Source: Gemmatimonadota bacterium (GTDB taxonomy: Bacteria > Gemmatimonadota > Gemmatimonadetes > Gemmatimonadales > GWC2-71-9). From it: a stretch of 64,000 nt of DNA. Below, in pieces: positions 25,604 through 33,743 of this stretch; the stretch's first letter is position 1; the number at the start of each line of letters is the position of its first letter. Under the pieces are notes generated by a model that was not told the origin of the DNA, searched no databases, and worked only from the letters and a program-made list of their open reading frames with translations. The position numbers were made by a program, and so were the translations under genes. The stretch covers positions 5,280 to 69,279 of the forward strand of contig JAOTVV010000015.1 of assembly GCA_029863245.1 (NCBI GenBank), read 5' to 3'.

Positions 25604-26604
25604 GGGTCTTCGTCACCGGCGCCACGGGATTCGTCGGTTCCCACCTCGTCCACACCCTGCTCAACCGGGGCCATCACGTCTCCTGCCTGGTCCGGAGCCC
25701 GGAGAAGGCTGCCCGGACGTTCCGCCACGCCTCGCCCACCATCGTTCACGGGGACCTGGATCATCCGACCGCGCTCCACACCGGCGCGAAGGAAGCCGAC
25801 CTCGTGTTCCACGTTGCCGGCCTGACGGCCGCACGAGACCTCGACGAATTCCTGACGGTGAACAATGGTGGCACGGAACGCGTCCTGGCAGCCGCTGCAG
25901 AGGTCGCACCGCATCTCCAGCGGTTCGTGTACGTGTCGTCACTGGCCGCCGTGGGTCCGACACAGCGCGGTTCGCCGGCAACCGAAGCCAGCGGCCCGCA
26001 CCCTGTGAGCAACTACGGCATGAGCAAGCTCGCCGGCGAGGCAGCAACGCGCGTGAGCTCTCTCCCGTGGACCATCGTGCGACCACCCGCGGTTTACGGC
26101 CCCCGAGACGTCGAACTCCTGAGGGTGTTCAAGCTCGCTCGGTTCGGCTTCGCGCCCGTGTTCGGGGACGGGACGCAGGAACTCTCCTTCGTGCATGTCA
26201 CCGACCTCGTGGACGCCCTGATCTTGGCAGCGACCGACACCGATCCCGGGAAGGTGTACTTCGCCTGTCATGGCGAGATCGTGACGGTGCGGGACTTCGT
26301 AGAGCAGGTGCACGAGGCGGTGCGCCATGTCACCTCCCCCCGCCACCGTCAGCCTCGCCCACCCCGTCGGATACGGATTCCGGTCTGGATCGCCAAGAGC
26401 GTGCTGACCGCCAACGGGACCCTCAGCAGAATGCTCGGGCGACGAACGCTGCTCTCGGCCGACAAGAGCCGGGAGCTTCTGGCCGACGCCTGGACCTGTG
26501 CGGCGGCTGCCTTGGAACGGGATACTGGTTGGACGGCACGCATCCCTCTTCACGAGGGACTGGCGACCACGGCCCAGTGGTACCGCGAGAACGGGTGGCT
26601 GTGA
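25600..26604 (+). CDS. NAD(P)-dependent epimerase/dehydratase-family (extended SDR) oxidoreductase
   Basis: Rossmann motif VFVTGATGFVGSHLV and catalytic YGMSKLAGE. The GTG start overlaps the upstream stop (GTGA at 25600-25603). Confidence 0.85.
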   Translation: MRVFVTGATGFVGSHLVHTLLNRGHHVSCLVRSPEKAARTFRHASPTIVHGDLDHPTALHTGAKEADLVFHVAGLTAARDLDEFLTVNNGGTERVLAAAAEVAPHLQRFVYVSSLAAVGPTQRGSPATEASGPHPVSNYGMSKLAGEAATRVSSLPWTIVRPPAVYGPRDVELLRVFKLARFGFAPVFGDGTQELSFVHVTDLVDALILAATDTDPGKVYFACHGEIVTVRDFVEQVHEAVRHVTSPRHRQPRPPRRIRIPVWIAKSVLTANGTLSRMLGRRTLLSADKSRELLADAWTCAAAALERDTGWTARIPLHEGLATTAQWYRENGWL

Positions 26605-27467
26605 GACCGGTCGACTGGCTCCTCGGCGCGTATGTCGCCTTCGTCACCGGACTCATTGTCCTCCGGGGTGGGGTGGGCGCCGCCACCCCATGGATCCTGT
26701 CTGGACATCTCCTCTTCTTCGTACTGCTCGTCCTGTTTCAACGGCGACCCCCGCGGGGGCGACTGGGCGGCACGCTCCACGATCTCTACCCGCTCATCGT
26801 GCTGATGCCATTCTATACGGAGCTCGGCTTCCTCGGCATGGAGCAGGGTGCCGAACGCATCTTCGCCAATGATGCCGTCGTGCAGGGATGGGAACAGTGG
26901 CTGTTCGGAAGTCAGATATCGTACCAGTGGATTCGGCATGCTCCATCGGTGTTCTGGTCGGGATTCCTGCATGTCTCGTATCTCAGCTATTACCCGCTCG
27001 TCGTGGTGGGTCCTATCCTGCTGACGATTCGCGGCCAACGGCCCGAGGCGCAGCGAGTCTTGTTCACCACGATGATGGCGTACGTCACGTGTTACCTCGT
27101 CTTTCTGTTGTTTCCCGTCGCGGGGCCGAACTACGCCTTCCAGCACCCAACGGGCCCGGTGCGCGACGTGTGGAGCGCCGAGGCGGTGTATGCCTTTCTC
27201 GGAGGCGGGTCCTCGATCGGCACGGCGTTTCCCTCGTCCCACGTCGCTGCGACGCTGGCGGCGGTGTTTGCCCTCTGGGGGGAGTGGAAGTGGCTCGCCG
27301 CCGCGCTGACGGTACCCGCGGCGTTACTGGTGGTCGCGACCGTCTACTGTCAGATGCATTACGGCATCGACGCGCTCGCGGGCATCGCGGTCGCGGTTGG
27401 CGCCGCGATCGCAGGACATCGCATTCGTCGCCATTCGCGGGACTCTGCCACCAGTCTTGCCTTTTGA
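26601..27467 (+). CDS. Polytopic PAP2_3/Aur1-like membrane protein (candidate phospho-headgroup transferase)
   Basis: The GTG start overlaps the SDR stop (GTGA at 26601-26604). Six or more hydrophobic segments. Motifs AFPSSHVAATLAA and QMHYGIDALAGI match the PSxH / HYxxD motifs of the inositol-phosphoceramide-synthase / sphingomyelin-synthase branch of PAP2. Confidence 0.7.
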   Translation: MRPVDWLLGAYVAFVTGLIVLRGGVGAATPWILSGHLLFFVLLVLFQRRPPRGRLGGTLHDLYPLIVLMPFYTELGFLGMEQGAERIFANDAVVQGWEQWLFGSQISYQWIRHAPSVFWSGFLHVSYLSYYPLVVVGPILLTIRGQRPEAQRVLFTTMMAYVTCYLVFLLFPVAGPNYAFQHPTGPVRDVWSAEAVYAFLGGGSSIGTAFPSSHVAATLAAVFALWGEWKWLAAALTVPAALLVVATVYCQMHYGIDALAGIAVAVGAAIAGHRIRRHSRDSATSLAF

Positions 27468-27494
27468 GTGCAATCGGAGAACTTGTCAGGCACC

Positions 27495-27890
27495 ATGCGA
27501 TGGATGTCCCTCGTCACCGCAGCTGTGTTTCTCCAAGCGTGCGTACCCGGCAGCCCGGTGTACTTCGGCCCGCCCGTGGTCACGCTGGAGGGTGACGTGG
27601 CCGTGTTCGAAACCGGACAGGCTCTACCGGAAACCGAAGTATGCGTGTTCGGGGCGGACACGCTGTGCCTGCCGGCCGACGCCAAGGGGCATTACTGGGC
27701 GCAGTTCCGCGAGCAGACGCTCCTCGAGAACGGCTCGGTGACGGTGCGGTTCCGCGCGCCGGGGCTCCCCGCGGCCGTCGCCGAGCTTCACGATCTGGTA
27801 CTCGGGCAGAAAACCACCTTAGACTGCGCCATCAGCGACCGGGTGACGCTTGCCGGCGGTCCACTGGCGTGCCGCCCCATCCAGCGTTGA
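27495..27890 (+). CDS. Small lipoprotein, unknown function
   Basis: MRWMSLVTAAVFLQACVPGS signal/lipobox. 131 aa with several additional Cys. It starts 27 nt after the PAP2-like gene in the same orientation. Confidence 0.5.
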   Translation: MRWMSLVTAAVFLQACVPGSPVYFGPPVVTLEGDVAVFETGQALPETEVCVFGADTLCLPADAKGHYWAQFREQTLLENGSVTVRFRAPGLPAAVAELHDLVLGQKTTLDCAISDRVTLAGGPLACRPIQR

Positions 27891-27895
27891 GCCGT

Positions 27896-28708
27896 ATGGC
27901 CACTCCTCCACCCTGCACGGGCCTCGGTCCCCAATGCCGCGAACTCGCCGTCACGCTCCATATCGCCGACCTCGAAGAGGACAACCCGACGTTTCACGAT
28001 GCGGCCGCCACGTGGCTGCTGGGGCATACGGAGCGCATCCACATGGGTCGCCCCTACGTGCTCGGTACCGATATGCTGGTCGACGCCGTCATTCGTATTC
28101 CCTGCAAGTACTTCTCGCAGCAAGAACCCGGCGTCAACGGCGGCAGGACCGCCGGCGCGACTGGCCGCTCGGCCCAATGCACAGCTCACGGCTTCACCGC
28201 TGCCCCACCTCGCCTACCCGCTCCGCACCCCAACGGGACCCAAGAACGTCAGCTGCGGAACGGCAAGTACGTCGTGGTGTTCAAGGGGCGGCAGCGAGCC
28301 TTACCCCTGCCCCTCAAGCGAGCCGCGCAACGCGCGCTGCCTGTGATGCAGGGAGACAACCCCTGCATCGGGGCCGCGTGCCGAACGGCCGACAATCGGC
28401 GGGGGGCAGCCTGCTGCCGGGACCTGACGCTGGACGTGGTGGTGCACGAGTCCGAGACCGCACTCGAGCTGCTGCTCCGGGCCCGGAAGCCGCCCTACTT
28501 GTGCAAGGTCAAGCGAACGGGACCCGATCTCGTCGAGTGCGAGGTGATCTCGGCGTGCGGCTATCTCGCGGAGGACGGCATCAGCTGCGCCCTGCACGAC
28601 CGGACCCTCCCCAATGGTCGCCCGGCCAAACCGCCCATCTGCTCGGAGTGGCCGGACCTGGAACCGGACGACACCGGTCACCCGGGGTGCGTGTTGTTGA
28701 AGGATTGA
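27896..28708 (+). CDS. Cys-rich putative Zn/Fe-chelating protein (YkgJ/UPF0153, CxxCxxCC-family-like) with N-terminal extension
   Basis: ATG 27896 lies 5 nt after the upstream stop. The C-terminal half has GAACCRDL...VVVHESE and CGYLAEDGISCALHDRTLPNGRPAKPPICSEWP, resembling the YkgJ family pattern (C.FL..dg.C.iy..RP..C..fP). High GC3 supports this frame over the Arg-rich ORF 27850-28731. Confidence 0.5.
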   Translation: MATPPPCTGLGPQCRELAVTLHIADLEEDNPTFHDAAATWLLGHTERIHMGRPYVLGTDMLVDAVIRIPCKYFSQQEPGVNGGRTAGATGRSAQCTAHGFTAAPPRLPAPHPNGTQERQLRNGKYVVVFKGRQRALPLPLKRAAQRALPVMQGDNPCIGAACRTADNRRGAACCRDLTLDVVVHESETALELLLRARKPPYLCKVKRTGPDLVECEVISACGYLAEDGISCALHDRTLPNGRPAKPPICSEWPDLEPDDTGHPGCVLLKD

Positions 28709-28738
28709 CGTCTCGACCCGGCCCTCCCTGAGAGGGGG

Positions 28739-29887
28739 TCAGCGGCGGCGTATCTCCCTGCGAAGCAGCGATAGCACCTCCGGGTCGAGCGGATAGGTCT
28801 GCTCAAACGCGGCAGCTGTTCCCTGTTCGGCCGACTCGTAGCCCACCGCCTCGAGGAACGCTCGACGGTAACCGGACAGATGCTCCGGCGCGAAGAACTC
28901 CAGGAGCATAGCACCGAACCGCACTGCGGCGCTGGCGCGAACGTCCTCGAGCTCGGACCGATCGTAGCGCTCCGGATCGACCAGCCGGTCCACAACAGTG
29001 AATCCCAGCTCCCGCACTGCTCCGTACAGCGGCGCGTCCACGCCTCCCTCGAGCGGCATCCAGACGGCTAGGAGCCGAGCCCGACCCTCGAATGGATCAC
29101 CCTGGAACAGCCGGCCTTCCGGTCCAAGGGCCGGTGATGGGATCAGGACGCCAGACTCGAGTCCCACGCGTTCCAGGAAAGCCGCGAGATCGAGCGCGAG
29201 GCCATACGTCCAGCGACGTTCCAGATCCGCGAGCCGGTCGCGGTGTTCGGCGCGATGACGCTCCCGAAACTCGTGGAAGAAGACGCCGTACTCGTCCTCC
29301 ATGGCCTCGACCAGCTTCCTCACCGCCCGTCGCTGACCTGCCGTCTGCAACATCTGCGTCATGGCGATGGCGCCGAACCGCACCCGCGGGCTGGCGACGG
29401 CGACGTCACCGGCGCGCCGGTCGGCTACGGCACCGAGCGCGTGGAGCATCTCCAGAGGATCAGCCGCGTGGAAATACAGCGGCGCGAAGTGCAGCAGGGA
29501 GAGCGCCTCGTCGCTCTCTATGGCCCGGCTGATCTCCTCGCCAATCTCATCGAGCTTGGTCGGATAGATCCCGAGCCGCTCCTTTTCCTCGCGAACCCTG
29601 CTGGCGTAGGCCGCGCTGTAGAGCGGCAGCATGCCCTGTTGGGCCACACCGATCACTGCCAGCCCATGGTACCAGAGATCGACTGTGGTATTCGGCTCGA
29701 GTTGCCACCCGCCCTGCCCCGGACGCGCGGGCTGCTGGACAGCGGAGCGCGCGCCGCGCCGCGGCGGAGGCTGAACCTGGGCATCCACGGCACGGGCACT
29801 GGCCGTGAGCGCCACGACCAGAATGCTCACGATCCGGCAAGGTGTTGTTCGGCCCAACAAGGGGAACCAGCGTCGCACGATCCTCAT
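28739..29887 (-). CDS. Secreted hypothetical protein
   Basis: ATG 29887 gives MRIVRRWFPLLGRTTPCRIVSILVVALTASARAVDAQ (signal peptide). The ~380-aa helical-looking protein has no domain I recognise. It is divergent from the VIT-vWA gene. Confidence 0.55.
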   Translation of the reverse strand: MRIVRRWFPLLGRTTPCRIVSILVVALTASARAVDAQVQPPPRRGARSAVQQPARPGQGGWQLEPNTTVDLWYHGLAVIGVAQQGMLPLYSAAYASRVREEKERLGIYPTKLDEIGEEISRAIESDEALSLLHFAPLYFHAADPLEMLHALGAVADRRAGDVAVASPRVRFGAIAMTQMLQTAGQRRAVRKLVEAMEDEYGVFFHEFRERHRAEHRDRLADLERRWTYGLALDLAAFLERVGLESGVLIPSPALGPEGRLFQGDPFEGRARLLAVWMPLEGGVDAPLYGAVRELGFTVVDRLVDPERYDRSELEDVRASAAVRFGAMLLEFFAPEHLSGYRRAFLEAVGYESAEQGTAAAFEQTYPLDPEVLSLLRREIRRR

Positions 29888-30003
29888 GGCATCGGAAGTA
29901 TCGAGGGCCTGCGGCCGCCGGGCAAGCAACCTGGGATCCGGGGATGTGTGCAAGACGGCGGGCCTGCCTCGTCCTTCTGGGTAGACCATACAGCGAGGAA
30001 CTC

Positions 30004-32205
30004 ATGAAAGTCCTGCTCAGCACACTGGTTATGAGCCTGCTCGCCGCCCCGCTCCTGGCGCAAGGCTGGATCGAGCCACCGCCCGATCGCCGTCCCGAGT
30101 TTGGCGTGATGAAGGTCCGGACGGTGGTCTCCGTGCGGGTCACGGGCCGGGTGGCCGCGATCGAGGTCGAGGAGTGGTTCCGGAACAACGGCGGCGGTCT
30201 AGGGGAGGGCGACTACCTCTATCCGCTCCCGGGCGAGGCGGTGTTCTCCAACTTCTCGCTGTTCCAGGGCGACGAGGAGCTGCGCGGCGAGACCATGGAT
30301 GCCGCTGAGGCGCGCGCGATCTATGAAGAGATCGTTCGTCGCAAGCGTGACCCCGCACTCATCGAGCTCGCCGGCCACGGGCTGATTCGAGCTCGGGTCT
30401 TTCCGATCGGGCCGGGCGAGACCCGCAAGATCACGCTGCGCTACACGCAGGTCCTGCGGCGGAGCGGAGACGGACTCCAGTTCCGCTATGCCACTGGCGG
30501 GCGCACGGGCAGTCGCACACCGGTCGAGGGCAGTGATGGTCTCCAGCCACAGCGCGGGGGCGCCGTTCCGTTGGCATTCACCCTCTGGACCGATAACGCC
30601 GACCAGTTCCGTGATCCCTTCTCCCCGACCCATCCCGTCGATGTGACACGCGATGACGGCACACTGCGCGTGCGACCTCGGGGCGAGCTCAGTGGAGATT
30701 TCTCCCTGTTCCTTCCGTTCGCTCGACCGGTGGTAGGCATCACGCTGGCCACACACCGTGCCTCGGGCGAGGATGGCTACTTCATGCTGACGCTGTCTCC
30801 AGGCCGGCCCGAGGGACGAACCGTGCCGAGGGACCTGACGATCGTGCTCGACGTCTCAGGATCGATGTCCGGCAGCAAGCTGGACCAGGCCAAGGCCGCA
30901 CTCCATCAGCTGATCGGCTCACTCGACGGCACCGATCGATTCCGGCTCATCGCGTTCAGCAGTGGAGTGCGCACGTACGCCGCCGACTGGTCGAGTGGCG
31001 GATCGCGCGATCTGCGCGCTGCGCGTCGGTGGGTGGACGACCTGTCAGCCGACGGCGGCACGAACATCGCTGGCGCGCTCCAGGAGGCCTTCCGCTCAAC
31101 CAGCCCGAGCGGGCGGCTCCCTCTCGTGGTGTTCCTCACCGACGGCCTCCCTTCGGTGGGCGAGCGTGATCCCGAGCGCATCGCCGCTCAGGCCGAAAGC
31201 GATCGCGGACGCGCTCGCGTGTTCGCCTTCGGCGTCGGCCATGACGTCAACACCTACCTGCTGGACCGGCTGTCCGCAGCGGGACGGGGGAGCACCCAGT
31301 ACGTGCAACTGGGCGAGGACGTAGAGGCGGCTCTCGGCGTGCTCACCGCGAAGATCCGACACCCCGTACTTGCCGATCTGGAGATTGCCGACGCACCGGT
31401 GGAGCTGACCGAGGTCTATCCCTCGACGTTGCCCGACCTGTTCGCCGGTGAGGAGCTGGTCGTGTTCGGGCGCTACCGTGCAGGGAATCGAGAACGCCCT
31501 GGCACCATCTCGATCCGAGGCCGACGCAACGACCGGCCCGAGCGCTACGCGACCCAGGTGACGTTTCCCGGGCATCAACTCGATAATGATTTCATTCCGC
31601 GGCTCTGGGCGTCGCGAAAGATCGGCGTCCTGGCACAAGAAATCCGCCTCAGCGGTCCGAACGCCGAGCTCGAGGAAGAAATCCGTCGGACGGCGTTGCG
31701 CTACGGTTTGCTGAGCGAGTACACGTCGTATCTGGTGCAGGAGCCGGCCGACGTGGCAAACGTGCCGCGAGGCGGGCCCCGGCGGCAAGTTGCGGGCGTT
31801 CCGTCCAGCATGGTGGGTGCCGGGGCCGTGGCCGCCGCGGAGCAATCACGCGCGCGGCGCGAGGCCAAGTCGTCACTCGAACTGGAGGCCGCCGACGAGG
31901 TGTTACTCCGCCGCGGTCACGTCCCGCAGGCTCGGCATGTCGCCGGCCGCTTGTTCAAAGACCTCGACGGGGTCTGGACCGACCTTCAGCACGACACCGA
32001 CAAGCGCGTCGTGCAGGTCGCCATGTTCAGTAAGGCGTATTTCGCCGTGCTCGACGCCCTACCGGAGCTCAAGCCGTACGTGACCGAGTTCGGGTCGGTG
32101 ATCGTGTCTGGAGACCGTGTCGCGATCCAGATCGGCGATGTTGGCGCCGAACGACTGTCGACACAGGCCCTTCAGCGGCTAGTGCACGAGTTCCGCGGAC
32201 GCTAA
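30004..32205 (+). CDS. Secreted VIT + von Willebrand factor A domain protein
   Basis: Signal MKVLLSTLVMSLLAAPLLAQ. VIT-domain blocks VRVTGRVAAIEVEEWFRN, FSLFQGDEELRGE and ARVFPIGPGETRKITLRY. vWA MIDAS motif IVLDVSGSMSGSKLDQAK, plus FLTDGLPSVGE. A C-terminal region of ~200 aa is of unknown function. Confidence 0.85.
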   Translation: MKVLLSTLVMSLLAAPLLAQGWIEPPPDRRPEFGVMKVRTVVSVRVTGRVAAIEVEEWFRNNGGGLGEGDYLYPLPGEAVFSNFSLFQGDEELRGETMDAAEARAIYEEIVRRKRDPALIELAGHGLIRARVFPIGPGETRKITLRYTQVLRRSGDGLQFRYATGGRTGSRTPVEGSDGLQPQRGGAVPLAFTLWTDNADQFRDPFSPTHPVDVTRDDGTLRVRPRGELSGDFSLFLPFARPVVGITLATHRASGEDGYFMLTLSPGRPEGRTVPRDLTIVLDVSGSMSGSKLDQAKAALHQLIGSLDGTDRFRLIAFSSGVRTYAADWSSGGSRDLRAARRWVDDLSADGGTNIAGALQEAFRSTSPSGRLPLVVFLTDGLPSVGERDPERIAAQAESDRGRARVFAFGVGHDVNTYLLDRLSAAGRGSTQYVQLGEDVEAALGVLTAKIRHPVLADLEIADAPVELTEVYPSTLPDLFAGEELVVFGRYRAGNRERPGTISIRGRRNDRPERYATQVTFPGHQLDNDFIPRLWASRKIGVLAQEIRLSGPNAELEEEIRRTALRYGLLSEYTSYLVQEPADVANVPRGGPRRQVAGVPSSMVGAGAVAAAEQSRARREAKSSLELEAADEVLLRRGHVPQARHVAGRLFKDLDGVWTDLQHDTDKRVVQVAMFSKAYFAVLDALPELKPYVTEFGSVIVSGDRVAIQIGDVGAERLSTQALQRLVHEFRGR

Positions 32206-32215
32206 ACTGGTCTAC

Positions 32216-32716
32216 GTGAGTACCGATTGGGCCGGAGTATATCGAGAGACGTTTGCGGACCTGGTCCGCTTCCTCCACCGAAAGGTGTGGGACGCGGACC
32301 GGGCCCAGGACCTCGCGCAGGAGGTGTTCGTGCGGGCACTCGGGCAGGATCCGGACAATCCTCGCGCTTGGCTATTCACGGTCGCGGCCAACCTTGCGCG
32401 GGACGAGGCGCGAGCGGCGGTACGGCGACGCCGGCACCTCACGCTCATCCGCGGCGACGCGGAGCAGATGACCACGAGCGATCCGGCCGAGGAGTTCGAG
32501 CACGCGCAGCAGGTCGAGGCGGTGCGCCGCGCCCTCGGGCAATTGAACGAGCGAGATCGAGAAGTCCTGCTCCTGTGGGACGCAGGGTTCAACTACGAGG
32601 AGATCGCGGAGCAGACGGGATTGGCCGCAGGGGCCATCGGTACGACGCTCGCCCGTGCGCGGCGACGCCTGGTCGAAGCCCATGAAGCGTTGGAGAAGAG
32701 AGATGTCGCACGCTGA
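32216..32716 (+). CDS. ECF-type RNA polymerase sigma factor (sigma-70 family)
   Basis: Region 2 (DLAQEVFVRAL, WLFTVAANLARDE) and region 4 HTH (REVLLLWDAGFNYEEIAEQTGLAAGAIGTTLARARRRL). The GTG start lies 10 nt after the vWA stop. Confidence 0.9.
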   Translation: MSTDWAGVYRETFADLVRFLHRKVWDADRAQDLAQEVFVRALGQDPDNPRAWLFTVAANLARDEARAAVRRRRHLTLIRGDAEQMTTSDPAEEFEHAQQVEAVRRALGQLNERDREVLLLWDAGFNYEEIAEQTGLAAGAIGTTLARARRRLVEAHEALEKRDVAR

Positions 32717-33743
32717 CGAAGGCACGCTCCACGCCTACCTCGACCAGGGCCGCCAGCCCAGCGAGGACTGGCGCGAGGTCGAGGACCATCTTGCCGCCTG
32801 CGCGGAGTGCCGGCAGCGGCTCGAGGAGGCCCGAGCGCTCCGCGAGCGCGCCGCCACCATTCTCAGGGCGTCTGGACCCGCAGCTGTGCCTGTACCCCCG
32901 TTCGACGCGGTGCTGGCTCGGGCGGGCGGGAGGCGACCGCGGCGCGTGCTCAGCCTCAATCGGCTCACCGCGCTCGGGTGGGCGGCCTCGATCGCATTGG
33001 CGGTGGGGGTGGGGTGGATGGCACGGGGGACACTGAACCCGCTCCGGAGTCCCGATCAGCCGCTCACGCTGAGGACGTCGCAGACAGCGCCGGTCGATAC
33101 GGTCACGCCGAGGTCGTCGGTCGACGCCCGACCCGGAACCGCGTCCGTCGCGAAGGATGCAGGGAGTACGGAGACAGCGGCCGAACGACTGCGAAGCGCG
33201 TATGAGGTGCCGGCCGACGAGGCCCCGGCCGGTCGGCGGGATGCGTTGCAGCAGAACGCCGCGGCTGAACCGGCCGCGCAGGGGGCTCCTGCCGCCGCAG
33301 CACCCCGGGCCAGGCTTGCCAGGGACATCGGGGCCGTCGCGGAACGACGTGAGCAGCCCACCAGGGAGCTCGCGGCCGAGCTCGAGGCCGACCGGACACC
33401 TGTGCAATGGGTCCAGTCCGATCGCGCAGACGCCGCCACTCGATTGGGAGAGACGCCTCACACGGTACCAGGCGTGCCCGTGGTAAGTATCGATCGGGAC
33501 GCGCAAGGGGACGGCCGGGGCGTCCGGGTTCTTCAAGACCTCGACGGGGTCATGCTCGAGATCATCCAGCGACCCGTGAGCACCCTCGAAGGCCGGGTGG
33601 AGGATGCAGTAGCGGCGGACGCGCCAAGGATGGCCGATACGGCCGCCACGGCGATCACGGTAGTCCGTGGCAACGCGGTGCTCACCCTGCGGGCGAACAT
33701 TCCACTGGATTCGCTGCGATCACTCGCGGCCCGGATTCCCTAG
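32703..33743 (+). CDS. Membrane anti-sigma factor (zf-HC2 type)
   Basis: ATG 32703 overlaps the sigma gene by 14 nt. N-terminal HC2 zinc-finger pattern (HAYLD...HLAACAECRQRLEEA), a single TM (LTALGWAASIALAVGVGWM), and an extracytoplasmic Ala/Pro-rich linker plus a C-terminal domain. Confidence 0.7.
   Translation: MSHADEGTLHAYLDQGRQPSEDWREVEDHLAACAECRQRLEEARALRERAATILRASGPAAVPVPPFDAVLARAGGRRPRRVLSLNRLTALGWAASIALAVGVGWMARGTLNPLRSPDQPLTLRTSQTAPVDTVTPRSSVDARPGTASVAKDAGSTETAAERLRSAYEVPADEAPAGRRDALQQNAAAEPAAQGAPAAAAPRARLARDIGAVAERREQPTRELAAELEADRTPVQWVQSDRADAATRLGETPHTVPGVPVVSIDRDAQGDGRGVRVLQDLDGVMLEIIQRPVSTLEGRVEDAVAADAPRMADTAATAITVVRGNAVLTLRANIPLDSLRSLAARIP

Noticed and set aside
27850-28731. 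293-aa ORF overlapping the Cys-rich YkgJ-like gene
   Set aside because: It is an Arg-rich nonsense-like sequence. The 27896 frame has high GC3 and the YkgJ-type Cys pattern.
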